Source: Holosporales bacterium
Lineage (GTDB): Bacteria > Pseudomonadota > Alphaproteobacteria > UBA3830 > JAIRWN01
NCBI GenBank assembly: GCA_031267535.1
Contig: JAIRYS010000002.1
Span: 4,326-68,325 of the forward strand
Direction: 5' to 3'
Length of the DNA: 64,000 nt
The notes under the pieces were generated by a model. It saw only the letters and a program-made list of their open reading frames with translations, had not been told where the DNA came from and made no database searches. Made by a program: the position numbers and the translations under genes. Positions 19,167 to 28,368 of this stretch are shown here, piece by piece (position 1 is the stretch's first letter; every line of letters starts with the position of its first letter).

Positions 19167-19878
19167 GTTTTTGGCGTTTATATCTGCAGTGTGGGCAGCG
19201 CTGTGCAGCGCGGATAGCGGCTCAATCGACGTAAGTGCCGGAAGTGTCACGTTAGATCAGAGCGCTAAAACTGTATCGCTAAAAGATGGAGTCGTGGCTA
19301 AACTTGACGGCGGCCAAATTACCTCAAAAACAGCGGAGGCTCGTTTGAACGAGTCAGACGATGTATCAAACCCCAGCGAAGTACTGTTGAGCGGAGATGT
19401 AAGCGGGTGTTTGTCCGATATTGAAATGTCTGCGGATCAAGCGCAATACACTGTGCAGGACGGTTCTTTAGTGCTGTCAGGACGACCGGCCGTTGTAAAA
19501 ACGAAACGAGAAACGGTTTCCGCTGGCTCGATAACATTAAAAGGGCTTGTTGTTACCGCAGAAAACGGCGTTACACTAAAAAGCGCCAATCACACAATCG
19601 CAACTGAAAAGGCCATCGCTTATTTTTCAAGAACAAACGGTAAAGTATCGCTTAAAAGCGTAGTCTCAGGTGGTAAGGTGATCATAGTGTCTGCTAAAAC
19701 AACTTACACAGCGGATAAATGTGAATACAAAGATGGCGTGCTGTGCCTGGCAGGTAATGTAGTTATAAAAAGCGCCAAAAACTGTATTTTGGCCGATAGG
19801 GCTAAATTGAACACAACAACCGGAGTACACGTAATCGAAGGCGTAAACAGCCCCATTAGCGCGAGTTTGCACAAATAA
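19132..19878 (+). CDS. lptA: LptA/OstA-like periplasmic LPS-transport protein
   Basis: Signal MFIRCWGLGLFRFLAFISAVWAALCSA followed by repetitive beta-rich segments. Positioned between kdsD and lptB. The start choice is inferred. Confidence 0.6.
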   Translation: MFIRCWGLGLFRFLAFISAVWAALCSADSGSIDVSAGSVTLDQSAKTVSLKDGVVAKLDGGQITSKTAEARLNESDDVSNPSEVLLSGDVSGCLSDIEMSADQAQYTVQDGSLVLSGRPAVVKTKRETVSAGSITLKGLVVTAENGVTLKSANHTIATEKAIAYFSRTNGKVSLKSVVSGGKVIIVSAKTTYTADKCEYKDGVLCLAGNVVIKSAKNCILADRAKLNTTTGVHVIEGVNSPISASLHK

Positions 19879-20627
19879 TGGACAAAAAACCTCAGACCGG
19901 CTTAGTGGTCAACAAAATCTCAAAGACCATAGGTCTTCGCCGTAAGAAGAAGGTGTTGATAGATGAGCTTAGCCTTCAAGTTCAGCAAGGTCAAATCGTT
20001 GCTTTGCTGGGGCCTAACGGCGCAGGCAAAACCACCTGCTTTTCGGTTATATGCGGTCTGACTAAGCTAGATTCCGGCAACATATATATAAACGGACAAG
20101 AAGTAACGCGAATGCCGATGTATAAGCGCGCTCGGATGGGACTTGGATATCTTCCGCAAGAATCTTCTGTATTCAGAGGGCTTAATGTACAAGAGAATAT
20201 ACTGGCTGTCCTGGAGGCAATTGAACCTGACAAAGACCTCCAGCAACAAGAACTCGAAAGGCTTCTTGAAAGCTTTTCAATTGCCCACTTGCGATATAAC
20301 ACTTCGGTTACGTTATCCGGTGGAGAGCGCAGGCGTCTTGAAATAGCGCGTGCTCTGGCGACTAAACCGCAATTCATTTTGCTTGACGAACCTTTGGCTA
20401 GCATAGATCCAATCGCCATTCAGGATATGCGCACGCTGATTATGCAGCTTAAATCGGCTGGTATCGGGATACTCATCACCGATCATAACGTAATTGATAC
20501 GCTGAAGATTGCAGAATATGCGTACATAATGTACGAAGGGAAGATTTTAACCGAAGGCCCTACAAAAGAAATCATGAATGACAAAATCGCAAGACGTTTG
20601 TATTTGGGAAATGACTTTGATGCGTAG
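19878..20627 (+). CDS. lptB: LPS export ABC transporter ATPase
   Basis: Walker A GPNGAGKTT, signature LSGGERRRLEIARAL and Walker B ILLDEP. TAATG overlap with lptA. Confidence 0.92.
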   Translation: MDKKPQTGLVVNKISKTIGLRRKKKVLIDELSLQVQQGQIVALLGPNGAGKTTCFSVICGLTKLDSGNIYINGQEVTRMPMYKRARMGLGYLPQESSVFRGLNVQENILAVLEAIEPDKDLQQQELERLLESFSIAHLRYNTSVTLSGGERRRLEIARALATKPQFILLDEPLASIDPIAIQDMRTLIMQLKSAGIGILITDHNVIDTLKIAEYAYIMYEGKILTEGPTKEIMNDKIARRLYLGNDFDA

Positions 20628-20678
20628 CATAAAGTTCTGGGAACATGCGTGGTTAAGTAGTAAAAGGCACATTGTTAT

Positions 20679-21917
20679 ATGATTGAATTTGCCAAATCTT
20701 TGCTCAGGCCGACCTGGCGTAAAGTTTATCCAAAGATTCATAAATTCAAAACATCATTGAAAACGTTCAACGTTAGATTGGACAGATTGTTATGCGGTGG
20801 CGCCAATGGCATAAGAGCAGCGAAATACGCGGAGCTGATGGACGATTTTCTACTGCCTTCCAGACCGGCATCACAAAGTCCCCACACGGAGTTGCTTAAG
20901 GATTTTGATAAGCTGGGGATGAAGGTATTGCAAGATGATTTTCTGCAGCAAACTGAGTATTACAAGTATGCAGAAAAATGTATGCGTCTTACTGGATGCT
21001 TTTTCTATGATAGGCCAGACAAAATAAAAATATTGGCTGAGCGCTTTATCAGGCAGTATAAGGGTGAGGTTCTTGACCTCCCAAGACAGCCCGGGCAGAG
21101 TGATGCTGGACCTATTTGGCTAAGACCGATCAAATTCTCAAGCTACTACGAAATAATAGACGGCCATCATAGGGTTGCCAGAGCCATTATGACTGGGCAG
21201 AAAACGGTCCCCGCAATTCTATACGACGCCGTTCCAGTTCTAACCCCATTGCAGCAATTACTGCTGGATGTCATGTGGATTAGCAATCACAGATGGCTTT
21301 ACCAGCCGGTACATTCACCAGAAATAGAGGAGCAGTGGATTTTGGTGAGGAATTGCCAGGATAGACTTGATATGATGAATAATTTTCTGAACAGCAAGGC
21401 ATTTAATACAACAGGCGCCGGCTATCTGGACGTTGGCTCAAGTAATGGTTGGTTTGTAAAACAAATGGAAGACAAGGGCTTGCGTGCTTGCGGTATAGAT
21501 CGCGATCCGTTTGGCATTGAAGTAGGGTTTAGGATGTACGGCCTTAAGCCAGAGCAAATCGCCCATTCAGATATAGCTATAGGCTTGGGAAAAATGGTAT
21601 CGCGAGGCGATATGTTCGATTTTACATCATGTATGAGCATCATGCACCATTTTGTCCTGGGCAAAACTTCCTATACACCTGAGCATCTCTTAAAGTTGCT
21701 GGATAAAATCACCAAGCAAGTGATGTTTTTTGATACAGGTGAAGAACATGAGCAGGCTTTCGGAGAAACACTGAATGGTTGGAGTTCAGAGCATATTCAG
21801 AACTGGATATTGTCTAATTCTTCGTTTAAGGAAGTAATCCCTCTGGGACGAGATAATGACAGAAAACCTCCGTTTCAGGGCTACTATAACAGAACGCTGT
21901 TCGCTTGTGTTAAGTAG
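20679..21917 (+). CDS. ParB/Srx-like domain fused to a class I SAM-dependent methyltransferase
   Basis: 412 aa. YYEIIDGHHRVARAIMTGQKTVPAILYD (ParB-like DGHHR core), then YLDVGSSNGWFVKQMEDKGLRACGIDRDP (MTase motif I plus the acidic beta2 end) and FDFTSCMSIMHHF. Confidence 0.7.
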   Translation: MIEFAKSLLRPTWRKVYPKIHKFKTSLKTFNVRLDRLLCGGANGIRAAKYAELMDDFLLPSRPASQSPHTELLKDFDKLGMKVLQDDFLQQTEYYKYAEKCMRLTGCFFYDRPDKIKILAERFIRQYKGEVLDLPRQPGQSDAGPIWLRPIKFSSYYEIIDGHHRVARAIMTGQKTVPAILYDAVPVLTPLQQLLLDVMWISNHRWLYQPVHSPEIEEQWILVRNCQDRLDMMNNFLNSKAFNTTGAGYLDVGSSNGWFVKQMEDKGLRACGIDRDPFGIEVGFRMYGLKPEQIAHSDIAIGLGKMVSRGDMFDFTSCMSIMHHFVLGKTSYTPEHLLKLLDKITKQVMFFDTGEEHEQAFGETLNGWSSEHIQNWILSNSSFKEVIPLGRDNDRKPPFQGYYNRTLFACVK

Positions 21918-22328
21918 AATATATCATGTGCTTGACAGCGTCCAAACCATCAAAGCGCTGAGTTTAAGCTAAATGGCCAACACAGCATTCGGTAATACAT
22001 GTTCGTGATAAATTAGAGTTCAGATTTAACCTCTTATACTGCGCCAATAAAGCGCTGTGTAGCTATCCCACCGAGTTCACACACTGACCCCCAGCAACAC
22101 CTTGAGCGTATCAATCGAACAACCCCATGCGAATCGCAGTCACACGCCAGAAGACGTCAACCGGACTCTTGCTGGTTTTATTTGCCTTCACTGTGTAATT
22201 ATCAAAGCCAACAAAGCCTTGGCTCGGGATAAATAGCACTTTAGGCTCCGGGAACTCTGCTTCAAACAAAACGCAGGCTTTCTCTCCCGGACGTCTTGAG
22301 ATTTGTGTTTAGGTAAAATTTAGCTAAA

Positions 22329-24059
22329 ATGCAGCAAACAATTCCATTGATTATGCTGTTTTTTTTCTTACTTTGCGTTCTAGGGATACTTATCTGCATC
22401 ATATTTCATGATGTATCAGTGGTGTTTTTGGCTATTGAATGCGCATTACTTATATCGATCATTTTGATAGCGATCGGTTGGCGTAGGAATTCTTTAAAAA
22501 CATCAACCAATAAGCACAGCGCCTCTATACTGATTAGCCAAGAAGGCTTGTCAGGTAATATTTTCGATGATGCGCCCCTGGGCGTCATAGTAATTAATGA
22601 CCTAAAGGTTACCGCATACAACAAGGCTAGCAAAAAGATTGCAGGCGATACTTTAGTTGTAGGGAAAAGTGTGCTGGCGATAGCCGCTAAAGATAAGCAA
22701 GACGACTTTAAAACCGCCATTGACAATGCGACTACAAATGTTGTGGAGGCAACTGCTTTGGAATTGCCATTATCTGGTAAAGAAAACGGCTTTATTGTCG
22801 TGTACTTTCATAAGCTTCAGGCAAACGAAGCTGCAAGCGTTATTCTTTACGTTATAGACAGCACAGAGCGCAGGCAGCTGGAGCAAAAGGTTTCCCAATC
22901 GCAAAAGATGCAAGCTGTTGGCACGCTCGCAGGTGGTATTGCTCATGATTTTAACAATCTGCTGACGGCAATAATGGGCTATTGCGACTTACTTTTGGCA
23001 AGATTCCTGCCGAGCGATCAGTCTTTTAACGACGTTATGCAGATAAAACAAAACTCAAGCAGGGCGGCCAACCTGATCAAACAGTTATTGGCATTTTCGC
23101 GTCAACAGACGCTTCAGCCAACTACCATCAATGTTATAACTCAACTGTCTGAATTAAGTATGCTTTTAAAGCGCCTTATCGGGCCAAAGATTTCCTTAGC
23201 GCTGAACAGCGAAGCTGATTTCAATGGAGGTATTCAGATTGATAAAACCCAGTTCGAGCAAGTGATAATAAACCTTGTGGTCAATGCTAAGGACGCCATG
23301 CCAGATGGGGGAACCCTGACGATTACGGCTAGAAATGCCGCTTTAAGCAGTACTATTGACGGCTCAGTCGAAGCGATTCCTGCAGGCAAGTATGTCCTTA
23401 TAGAAGTAAAAGATACGGGTTTGGGTATACCTCGCGGACATATTTCCCATATGTTTGAGCCGTTTTTTTCTACTAAGTCCAAGGGAGCCGGCACCGGCCT
23501 AGGTCTTTCAACGGTATACGGCATAGTAAAGCAAGCGGACGGCTTTATTTCCGTTGAAAGCCAGATTAAGAAAAGCGCCACTTTTTACCTGTACTTCCCA
23601 TATCGTCAGCCGCTACAAGAAAGCGAAGTGGATGCGCGTCAAACTGCTGACAGTGAGAATGTGTTTGACCTGACTGGTCTTGGCAAAATTCTGTTGATAG
23701 AGGATGAAGACGCGGTCAGATTGTTTACCGCAAGAGCTCTGCGCGATAAAGGGTATCAGGTAATTGAAGCCTCAGATGGGGCTAAAGGTCTTGATTTGCT
23801 TAAGGGTAATCCGGATGTAAGGTTAGTTGTCAGCGATGTGATTATGCCTGTTATAGACGGCTTAGAATTCCTGAATCAGGTTAGGGGCGTTATGAAGCTG
23901 AGCGTAGATATTCTTTTCATCTCAGGCTATGTAGAAGAGACCTTTAGGACGAGGTTAAAGAGCGAAAGCAAAGTTCATTTTTTGCAAAAACCCTTCGGTA
24001 TTCAGAAGCTGGCCAGCAAAGTTAAAAGCGTGTTAGACGCGTCTTCTAAACCAACATAG
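22329..24059 (+). CDS. cckA: Hybrid sensor histidine kinase, CckA-like (TM-PAS-HisKA-HATPase-REC)
   Basis: Two N-terminal TM segments. H-box GGIAHDFNNLLTAIMGYCDLLL, N/G boxes (NLVVNAKDAM, DTGLGI, GTGLGLS) and a receiver domain (ILLIEDEDAVR...VVSDVIMP). Confidence 0.75.
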   Translation: MQQTIPLIMLFFFLLCVLGILICIIFHDVSVVFLAIECALLISIILIAIGWRRNSLKTSTNKHSASILISQEGLSGNIFDDAPLGVIVINDLKVTAYNKASKKIAGDTLVVGKSVLAIAAKDKQDDFKTAIDNATTNVVEATALELPLSGKENGFIVVYFHKLQANEAASVILYVIDSTERRQLEQKVSQSQKMQAVGTLAGGIAHDFNNLLTAIMGYCDLLLARFLPSDQSFNDVMQIKQNSSRAANLIKQLLAFSRQQTLQPTTINVITQLSELSMLLKRLIGPKISLALNSEADFNGGIQIDKTQFEQVIINLVVNAKDAMPDGGTLTITARNAALSSTIDGSVEAIPAGKYVLIEVKDTGLGIPRGHISHMFEPFFSTKSKGAGTGLGLSTVYGIVKQADGFISVESQIKKSATFYLYFPYRQPLQESEVDARQTADSENVFDLTGLGKILLIEDEDAVRLFTARALRDKGYQVIEASDGAKGLDLLKGNPDVRLVVSDVIMPVIDGLEFLNQVRGVMKLSVDILFISGYVEETFRTRLKSESKVHFLQKPFGIQKLASKVKSVLDASSKPT

Positions 24060-24126
24060 AGCCATTGACAGATTTGCGGATATATCTAAACTTAGCTGAG
24101 TTCGATCGGCGGAGGCTTATAGATTC

Positions 24127-25650
24127 ATGAAAAATCATTTTTACGTCACAACGCCGATATACTACGTCAACGATGTGCCACACATAGGACACGCCTATAC
24201 TTCGCTTGCCGCGGATGTAATTGCCAGATTTAAAAGAATGGATGGCTTCCAGGTCAAGTTCCTGACCGGCACCGATGAACATGGCCAAAAGATAGCCAGA
24301 GCCGCTGACAGGCAAAAAATGCCCCTTCAAGCGTTTTGCGATAAAGTGTCTCAGAACTTTAGTAATCTCAGCAAAGTTTTCAATCTGAGTAACGATGACT
24401 TTATAAGAACGACTGAGCCAAGGCATATAGCCTCCGCTCAAGCTATGTGGCAAAGACTTGAGGAAAGCGGCAATATTTATAAAGGAACATATTCCGGTTG
24501 GTACAGCACGCGAGACGAAGCTTTTGTAAGCGATGATGAAGTGGAAAATGGTCTCGCCCCCTCAGGAGCTCCAGTGGAATGGATGAAGGAAACTAGCTAT
24601 TTTTTCAAGCTGTCTGCCTGGCAGGATAAACTTTTAGAGTTTTACGAAGACAACCCCAACTTTATCGCGCCAAAGTCGCGCCGAAATGAAATCATAAGTT
24701 TCGTAAAGTCTGAGCTGAGAGATTTGTCGATTTCCAGATGCTCAATCTCATGGGGAATCCCGGTTCCTGGTGACAGCAAGTGTGTAATGTACGTGTGGAT
24801 CGACGCGTTGGCTAACTATCTTTCGGCGCTGGGATACCCTAAAATCGACGAGGAATTTAGTGCATTTTGGTCACAATCATTGCACTTGGTCGGAAAGGAT
24901 ATAATCAGGTTTCATGCGGTCTATTGGCCGGCTTTTCTTATGGCCGCCGGGCTTGATCCGCCTAAAAGGATATTTGCACACGGATGGTGGACCAACGACG
25001 GGCAAAAGATTTCAAAATCTCTTGGCAATGTGATCGACCCTTGTGATTTGGTGAATAGGTATGGTCTGGATCAAGTGCGATATTTCTTGATGAGAAATAT
25101 GCCGTTTGGCGAAGACGGTAATTTTTCTGACGCTTTAATAAGGGGGCGAATTAATCACGATTTAGCCAATGACCTTGGTAACACGGTTCAGCGCGTGCTT
25201 ACCCTTGTAAGCAAGTTTTGTCCAGACGGCGCCGCCTATAATGCATCCAATTTGACCACGGACGATAAAGCCTTGGTACATGCGGGATACAAGTATATTG
25301 ATGAGATTCGTCATATGATGGATGAGTTGTCATTCGAGCAAGCGCTCAGGGTAATTTGGGGCTTTATATGCGATATAAATAAATATATAGATACTCAGGC
25401 CCCTTGGGTATTGGCCAAAACTGATACTAAGCGGCTGGAAACAGTTCTTGCGGCGTTAACCGAGTCTGTGTTTTTGACGGCTCTGTATATAAGGCCTTTT
25501 ATGCCAGATACCGCCGATAAAATCTGTAATGCTCTTAACGTAAATTCTGATTTGCGCTTATATAATAGCATTGGCGTTATTAAAAGCTTCAGCGGACCAT
25601 TCTTTAAACCAGAAGCGCTGTTTCCCAGAGTACAGGACGTTACGTCCTAG
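24127..25650 (+). CDS. metG: Methionyl-tRNA synthetase (short form)
   Basis: TPIYYVNDVPHIGHAYT and KISKSLGN. 507 aa, with no C-terminal tRNA-binding appendix. Confidence 0.95.
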   Translation: MKNHFYVTTPIYYVNDVPHIGHAYTSLAADVIARFKRMDGFQVKFLTGTDEHGQKIARAADRQKMPLQAFCDKVSQNFSNLSKVFNLSNDDFIRTTEPRHIASAQAMWQRLEESGNIYKGTYSGWYSTRDEAFVSDDEVENGLAPSGAPVEWMKETSYFFKLSAWQDKLLEFYEDNPNFIAPKSRRNEIISFVKSELRDLSISRCSISWGIPVPGDSKCVMYVWIDALANYLSALGYPKIDEEFSAFWSQSLHLVGKDIIRFHAVYWPAFLMAAGLDPPKRIFAHGWWTNDGQKISKSLGNVIDPCDLVNRYGLDQVRYFLMRNMPFGEDGNFSDALIRGRINHDLANDLGNTVQRVLTLVSKFCPDGAAYNASNLTTDDKALVHAGYKYIDEIRHMMDELSFEQALRVIWGFICDINKYIDTQAPWVLAKTDTKRLETVLAALTESVFLTALYIRPFMPDTADKICNALNVNSDLRLYNSIGVIKSFSGPFFKPEALFPRVQDVTS

Positions 25651-25682
25651 AAACCGCGACTAACCCCCATGAAAGAAAAATC

Positions 25683-25711
25683 TTGAAATTTCACGCTTAA
25701 GGTTGTATAAT
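25683..25711 (+). promoter_or_regulatory. Sigma70-like promoter (TTGAAA-N17-TATAAT)
   Basis: TTGAAA at 25683-25688, 17-nt spacer, TATAAT at 25706-25711. It lies about 35 nt upstream of GGTGGA RBS and the thioesterase start. Confidence 0.45.
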
Positions 25712-25748
25712 GAGATAGCTTTTGTGAACATAATGATGGTGGATTTTG

Positions 25749-26186
25749 GTGCAAGACTTTTACGAAAAAGAGTTGCTTTCTAAAGTTATTGCTATGCCGG
25801 CTAACACTAACCCAAGCGGGAACATATTTGGCGGCTGGATAATGTCGCTTATGGACATTGCGGCTGGCAGCCTGGCCGGGCGTATAGCCAAAGGGGCCGT
25901 AGTTACCAAGGCGGTCAAAGATCTAACCTTTGATCACCCAATATTTGTGGGGGATGAAGTGTCGGTCTATGGCTCGGTTGCACGTATAGGAAAGACGTCT
26001 ATTACGCTTGATGTGGAGGTTAGCATCCGCCACAACTCGGATGAAGAGGTTCATCGGGCAGTCTACGGATCCTTTGTCTTGGTAGCGATAGACGAAAAAC
26101 ACAGACCAAGACAGATAACCGACAGCAAATTGAGAGGACCTTATTGCTCGGTAGTGAATGGATTTTCTCAACTCGTATACTCGTAA
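25749..26186 (+). CDS. Acyl-CoA thioesterase (hotdog fold, YciA-like)
   Basis: AMPANTNPSGNIFGGWIMSLMD motif. GTG 25749 is 5 nt after GGTGGA; the track starts at TTG 25746. Confidence 0.8.
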   Translation: MQDFYEKELLSKVIAMPANTNPSGNIFGGWIMSLMDIAAGSLAGRIAKGAVVTKAVKDLTFDHPIFVGDEVSVYGSVARIGKTSITLDVEVSIRHNSDEEVHRAVYGSFVLVAIDEKHRPRQITDSKLRGPYCSVVNGFSQLVYS

Positions 26187-26190
26187 GACG

Positions 26191-28368
26191 TTAATCCAAA
26201 GATACGCTATGTCCGGCCGCATCGATTATTTTTAGCGGCTTTTCGTATATTCCCAGGTTGCCGAATTTTCGAAGGAGTTTTGTAGTTATTGTGCGACCAG
26301 CTAAGGCGTCTGGGCGATTTGCGCCGGGCCTTAGATCGATCAGCAACTCTGTCTTAAGCAGCATATTAGATAACGTATCATCAGATATCTCTGAATCATG
26401 CGGAATAAGCAGCAGTTTGCCAAAATTCAGCAAAAAATAATCGCAAGTTTGTTTTTCAATTTTGCTGCATCCAACGCTAAGCGCCCAATGTTTCATCGTA
26501 TTCCTGGCGCGTATTTTGGTGTTAACGATTGCAGTGTCGCCAGAACGTATGGCAAAAGCCCGGCCATCGCTGTGTATAAATAAACAGGGCTTAGGCGATA
26601 CGGTATACAATCCAAGCGATAAGATGATACCCAATAGGCCGACAATTCGCCACTTTCGCCGCCATATGACAAGCCACAGAAATGAAAGGACAAAAATTGA
26701 CAGCGTGGTTTTTGTCGGTGTTGGGCAAACGATTTGGGATCCTGGCAGATTTGATACAAAATTTGCGATATTTATCAATTGTGCAATCGACCAATTAACA
26801 ACGTTGAAACCAATATTGGCCGCTGCCGACCACCAACACGATGCAAGCACAAACGTCAAGCCGGGAATAATGACAAACCCAACCAATGGAATTGCCAAAA
26901 CATTTGAAGGAATGCTGTTCAAAGTAAGCAAGTTGAAGAAATTAACCGTAAATGGAATAACGCTTAGAGAAGCGGCTGTGGTCGAACAGATCGTTGACAA
27001 AATATACACGCCTAATTTTGACGTTCGTTTTTCGCGGGAGCGGTTGAAAAAGTTCTTAATAAACTTGGTTTCGTACGTTGCTATCAGTGTTGCGGTTGCT
27101 GCAAATGACATCTGAAAACCAGGCAGGAAAATCGATTCCGGCGCAAAAAGTACGATAAGGGCGGCAGCAATGGCCAGCGACCTCATTGACAGAGGCTTGC
27201 GGTCTGTCAACACGCCCAAAATCACAATGAAATACGCCACCAGCGCCCTTGTAGCGGGGACTTTATTGCCAGATATAAACAAGTACGCTATCGCTGCAAT
27301 CAGCGAAATTACAGCGGCAATCTTCTTGGTGTTATATCTAAGCGTTATGATCGGGATCATGGCAAAAATCCACCTGAAAACTGTAAATATAACGCCGCCA
27401 AAAATGCACATGTGAAGGCCGGAAATCGCCAAAATATGCGCCATTCCGGCATTAGCAAAGCTACTTCTTATGTTCTGGTTCACCAGCGGGTCTCCGGTAA
27501 TCAGCGCACAAGCGATTGTGTACTGATTGTGATCTAGATGACGTTTAAAATAAGCGTTGATGGCCGATCTTACCTTGTAGATTAATGCTGTTGGCCTGTT
27601 GGTTGAGCAAGATATAACCTTAGGCGGCGAGAACAGTATGCCGTTTGCGCCGATACCCCTGAGGACGGCAATCTGTCGACTGTCAAAATCACCATAATAC
27701 TGAGGTCGCCGAAGCGAAAACAGCATGGCGTTGATTTTCGCCACGCTTTGCGGCAACAACTTGTCGTCCTCAACCATAAGGTCGCGAATGCGCCCCTTGG
27801 TCGTAACTTTAATTTTGGAATGAAGCAGAGCAGGTGGTATATCTTCATCATCGGATAACTCCTCCACCGTAGCGGTTAAAGCCGTGCTGTTAGAAGAATG
27901 ATCAATGTTGTTTATTCTGACCTTACATGACAGCGAGATAGAATCGGCAATCTCAAAAGTAAGATGGTTGCGCATTTCTGCCGCCAAAAAGCCGGCAGCG
28001 GTTGCCGCTAAGATTGCAAATGACTCAAGGTAAAGCTTTTTGACGATAAACAGGCATGTCACAAAAATAATCGCCGCCAAACAATAAGACGCTTTTTCTT
28101 GGCAAACAGCAATAATTACGCCGATTCCAATAAAAAGCGGAAGCCAGCAAAACCAGCGTCGCTTCTCTTCGATCAGATTGTTCCACAAGGTGTGATAAAA
28201 TGATAAGCTGCGCAATGTTGGGCTCGTATTGAGGGATCTTAAAGCGTCCAATGATATTGTCTGCGAGGTTCTGTGTCCATTATTACCAGGTTTGCGCCGT
28301 CTCCAACTGGTTTTTTGCATATCGGCGGAGCGCGCACAGCCCTGTTTAATTGGCTGTTTGCCAGACAT
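26191..28368 (-). CDS. comEC: ComEC/Rec2-family DNA internalization channel protein
   Basis: 725 aa, polytopic. MAHILAISGLHM competence-domain motif. The N-terminal 30 or so codons overlap divergent gltX2, so the true start may be internal (e.g. ATG 28320). Confidence 0.8.
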   Translation of the reverse strand: MSGKQPIKQGCARSADMQKTSWRRRKPGNNGHRTSQTISLDALRSLNTSPTLRSLSFYHTLWNNLIEEKRRWFCWLPLFIGIGVIIAVCQEKASYCLAAIIFVTCLFIVKKLYLESFAILAATAAGFLAAEMRNHLTFEIADSISLSCKVRINNIDHSSNSTALTATVEELSDDEDIPPALLHSKIKVTTKGRIRDLMVEDDKLLPQSVAKINAMLFSLRRPQYYGDFDSRQIAVLRGIGANGILFSPPKVISCSTNRPTALIYKVRSAINAYFKRHLDHNQYTIACALITGDPLVNQNIRSSFANAGMAHILAISGLHMCIFGGVIFTVFRWIFAMIPIITLRYNTKKIAAVISLIAAIAYLFISGNKVPATRALVAYFIVILGVLTDRKPLSMRSLAIAAALIVLFAPESIFLPGFQMSFAATATLIATYETKFIKNFFNRSREKRTSKLGVYILSTICSTTAASLSVIPFTVNFFNLLTLNSIPSNVLAIPLVGFVIIPGLTFVLASCWWSAAANIGFNVVNWSIAQLINIANFVSNLPGSQIVCPTPTKTTLSIFVLSFLWLVIWRRKWRIVGLLGIILSLGLYTVSPKPCLFIHSDGRAFAIRSGDTAIVNTKIRARNTMKHWALSVGCSKIEKQTCDYFLLNFGKLLLIPHDSEISDDTLSNMLLKTELLIDLRPGANRPDALAGRTITTKLLRKFGNLGIYEKPLKIIDAAGHSVSLD

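Noticed and set aside
22062-22300. About 66-codon stop-free frame on the minus strand between the ParB-MTase gene and cckA (...VLFEAEFPEPKVLFIPSQGFVGFDNYTVKANKTSKSPVDVFWRVTAIRMGLFD)
   Set aside because: It has no ATG start and no motif I can assign. It may be a gene remnant, but that is not demonstrable without a database search.
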